This document shows, piece by piece, positions 62,490-64,000 of a DNA stretch of 64,000 nucleotides. The stretch's first letter is position 1, and the number at the start of each line of letters is the position of its first letter. Location of the stretch: assembly GCA_963843485.1 (NCBI GenBank), contig CAWJKK010000015.1, positions 213,128-277,127 of the forward strand. The letters run 5' to 3'. Made by a program: the position numbers and the translations under genes. This DNA comes from an uncultured Solirubrobacteraceae bacterium (GTDB lineage Bacteria; Actinomycetota; Thermoleophilia; Solirubrobacterales; Solirubrobacteraceae). The notes below the pieces were generated by a model. The model had not been told where the DNA came from. It made no database searches and saw nothing but the letters and a program-made list of their open reading frames with translations.

Positions 62490-63674
62490 TCACCCGAGTC
62501 GCGGCAGGTTGCCGTCCAGCCAGGCGATCCGGCGGTCGAGCCAGCGCTCGCAGCGCGCGCACGTGGCCGCGTGCGGCTGCCGCGCGGGCGGTCGCCGCCG
62601 GCGGGCCAGCGCGCGGCTGTCGCGCCGGCGGCCGCCGCGCGCAGGCGCGCGCTCGTGCGTTCGCGACCTGCGCAGCAGCCGCGCCGCGCAGGCCGTCGCG
62701 GCGCAGCTCGCGCCAGCGGCGCGCCATCGCGCGGGCGAACGCGCGGTCGCGGTAGAGCGCGCTCGGCCCACGGGCGGTCGGCGAGCATCCAGCCCGTCGA
62801 GCGCGCGCGCTCGGCGCCACGCGGCCGCGCGCCCATCGAGATGTCGAAGTCCCAGATCGGGCCCGAGCCGCAGCCGGCCGCCCGGCGCGCCGGTCATGAA
62901 CGTGCTCGCGCGCATCCCGTCCTGGTTCTTGAACAGCTCGTTGAGCAGCAGGTGGTCGACCGCCGCTGCGCGCGTGCAGGTGGCGCCGCCAGGCGCCGGG
63001 CCGGCCGCGGTAGAGCGCGCGCTCGGCGCGCGCGACGCGGCGCGCGGATCGCGCGCGCCTCGCGGCGCTCGAGAGGTCCTCGCGCTCCGGGTCCTCCCAC
63101 ACGACCGGCAGGCCGCGTGACCGGCGTCCGGAACGACGGGTCCTTGCGCGCGCGCCTGCCGCGCGCGAGGTCAGCTCGAGCAGGAAGCGCGTCGTCGCCG
63201 CCCGCACGCGGTCGTCGTGGAGCTTGAGCTTCTCCATCAGCACGTAGACGCCGTGCGTAGCGGCCGTTGATCGCGAGCTCGACGAAGCGCGTGCGCGCGG
63301 CGTAGCGGCCGATCCAGCGCGCGGTCTCGTAGGCGAGCACGTTGCGCATCAGCGTGCGGTCGTTGTAGGCGGCGTACAGGACCCAGTCGTCGTCGGCCGG
63401 CATCCCGAGCAGCGGCGACGTCGCGGTTCTCGCCCTCGGCGTCGCGCAGCTCGACGGCGTAGGACTTCTTCGGGAAGCGTGCGCGACCAGCTGGCCGCGC
63501 AGCTCGATCGCGACGGCGCCCGTCGAAGCCGGGCGCGCGCAGCGCGCCGGGACGTCCGTCGTCGCCGATGCCGCGCTCGGGCTCGACGTGACGCGCGGCA
63601 GCGCGCGGCGGCGGCGGCGGCGGCGGCAGCGCGAGCGCGACGGCGCGGCGAGGGCGGTCGAGGGCGGAGGGCAT
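62490..63674 (-). CDS. CotH kinase family protein (paralog 3; many frame breaks)
   Basis: ATG at 63674. Pieces: FPKKSYAVELRDAEGE, MPADDDWVLYAAYNDRTLMRNVLAYETARWIGRYAARTRFVEL, VYVLMEKLKLHDDRV, WDFDISMG-type region, AMARRWRELRRDGL and C-terminal ERWLDRRIAWLD. Confidence 0.7.
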
Positions 63675-63711
63675 GCCGATCACGGTCGCGCGCGCGCCGG
63701 TAAGACGGCCC

Positions 63712-63760
63712 GTGAAACGGCGATGAGGACGTTCTCATCGGCGCCTCACGGCCGGCTCAT
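63712..63760. promoter_or_regulatory. phased pentamer array, site 3: GTGAA(63712) ATGAG(63723) CTCAT(63734) CTCAC(63745) CTCAT(63756); contains CGATGAG-N6-CTCATCGG
   Basis: Read directly, with exact 11-bp spacing. It lies between CotH paralog 3 (start 63674, minus strand) and the Ser/Thr kinase gene (start 63785, plus strand). Confidence 0.5.
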
Positions 63761-63784
63761 CGGCCGCCGGCGACGGTGCCTGCC

Positions 63785-64000
63785 ATGAACGCATCGGCAC
63801 TTCCACGCCAGGGCGACGAGATCGCCCCCGGCCTGCGGGCGCGTCCGCCTGCTCGGCGGCGGCCGCCGCTACGAGGCCCACCTCGCGCTCGGCCGACCAC
63901 CTGCGCGCGCTCGTCGTCGTCGAAGGTCCTGCGCCCCGAGCCGGTCGACGACGCCGGCGCGCTCGCCGGCCTGCGCGGCGAGGCGCGCGATGCTGCGACC
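63785..64000 (+). CDS. Ser/Thr protein kinase, N-terminal fragment (continues beyond the window; frame breaks)
   Basis: ATG at 63785. MNASALPRQGDEIAPGLRA..RLLGGGRRYEAHLA..DHLRALVVVKVLRPE..., showing the Gly-loop and beta3 Lys region. It resembles the N-terminus of the kinase at 56299..57124. Confidence 0.55.
   Translation, partial: MNASALPRQGDEIAPGLRARPPARRRPPLRGPPRARPTTCARSSSSKVLRPEPVDDAGALAGLRGEARDAAT

Overview
By eye this is a very high-GC window with strong third-codon-position GC bias. It looks like an actinobacterial-type chromosome, possibly Thermoleophilia/Solirubrobacterales-like, but that is a guess. About 70 genes can be supported. Most long Arg/Pro/Ala-rich ORFs in the six-frame track are antisense or out-of-frame artefacts of the GC content. 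Layout by region: 1-15.1 kb is a cell-envelope glycan cluster (sugar dehydratase, nucleotide-sugar dehydrogenase, six glycosyltransferases, O-antigen-ligase-like protein, UDP-glucuronate decarboxylase, priming sugar transferase), interrupted by a methyltransferase, an MBL hydrolase and a ferritin. 15.1-18.9 kb holds an M28 peptidase and a DUF1800-DUF1501-cupredoxin unit. 18.9-21.7 kb holds selB-selA. 21.7-29 kb holds an acyl-CoA mutase, three secreted or surface proteins (GGSGxx-repeat protein, LPXTG protein, RTX calcium-binding protein) and pccB. 29-31.4 kb holds small regulators (ArsR, MarR) and their partners. 31.5-38.7 kb holds a zinc-ribbon HExxH peptidase, deoC, two aldehyde dehydrogenases, an amidohydrolase and PhoD. 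38.9-42.8 kb holds sulfite reductase-cysD-cysN. 42.8-46.3 kb is a WXG100-like / WHH-nuclease polymorphic toxin / SUKH immunity cassette. 46.3-64 kb is a signalling-rich island with three CotH kinase paralogs, VTC and DUF4956 proteins, three histidine kinases, four response regulators, two short Ser/Thr kinases, an ABC exporter and a PepSY protein. Four promoter regions in that island share 11-bp-phased TGAG/CTCA pentamer arrays. No rRNA, tRNA, CRISPR array, transposase or integrase was found. A large fraction of otherwise well-conserved genes carry single-base reading-frame breaks, at least about 60 by my count. Many CDS coordinates below therefore describe the reconstructed gene span, not one uninterrupted ORF.
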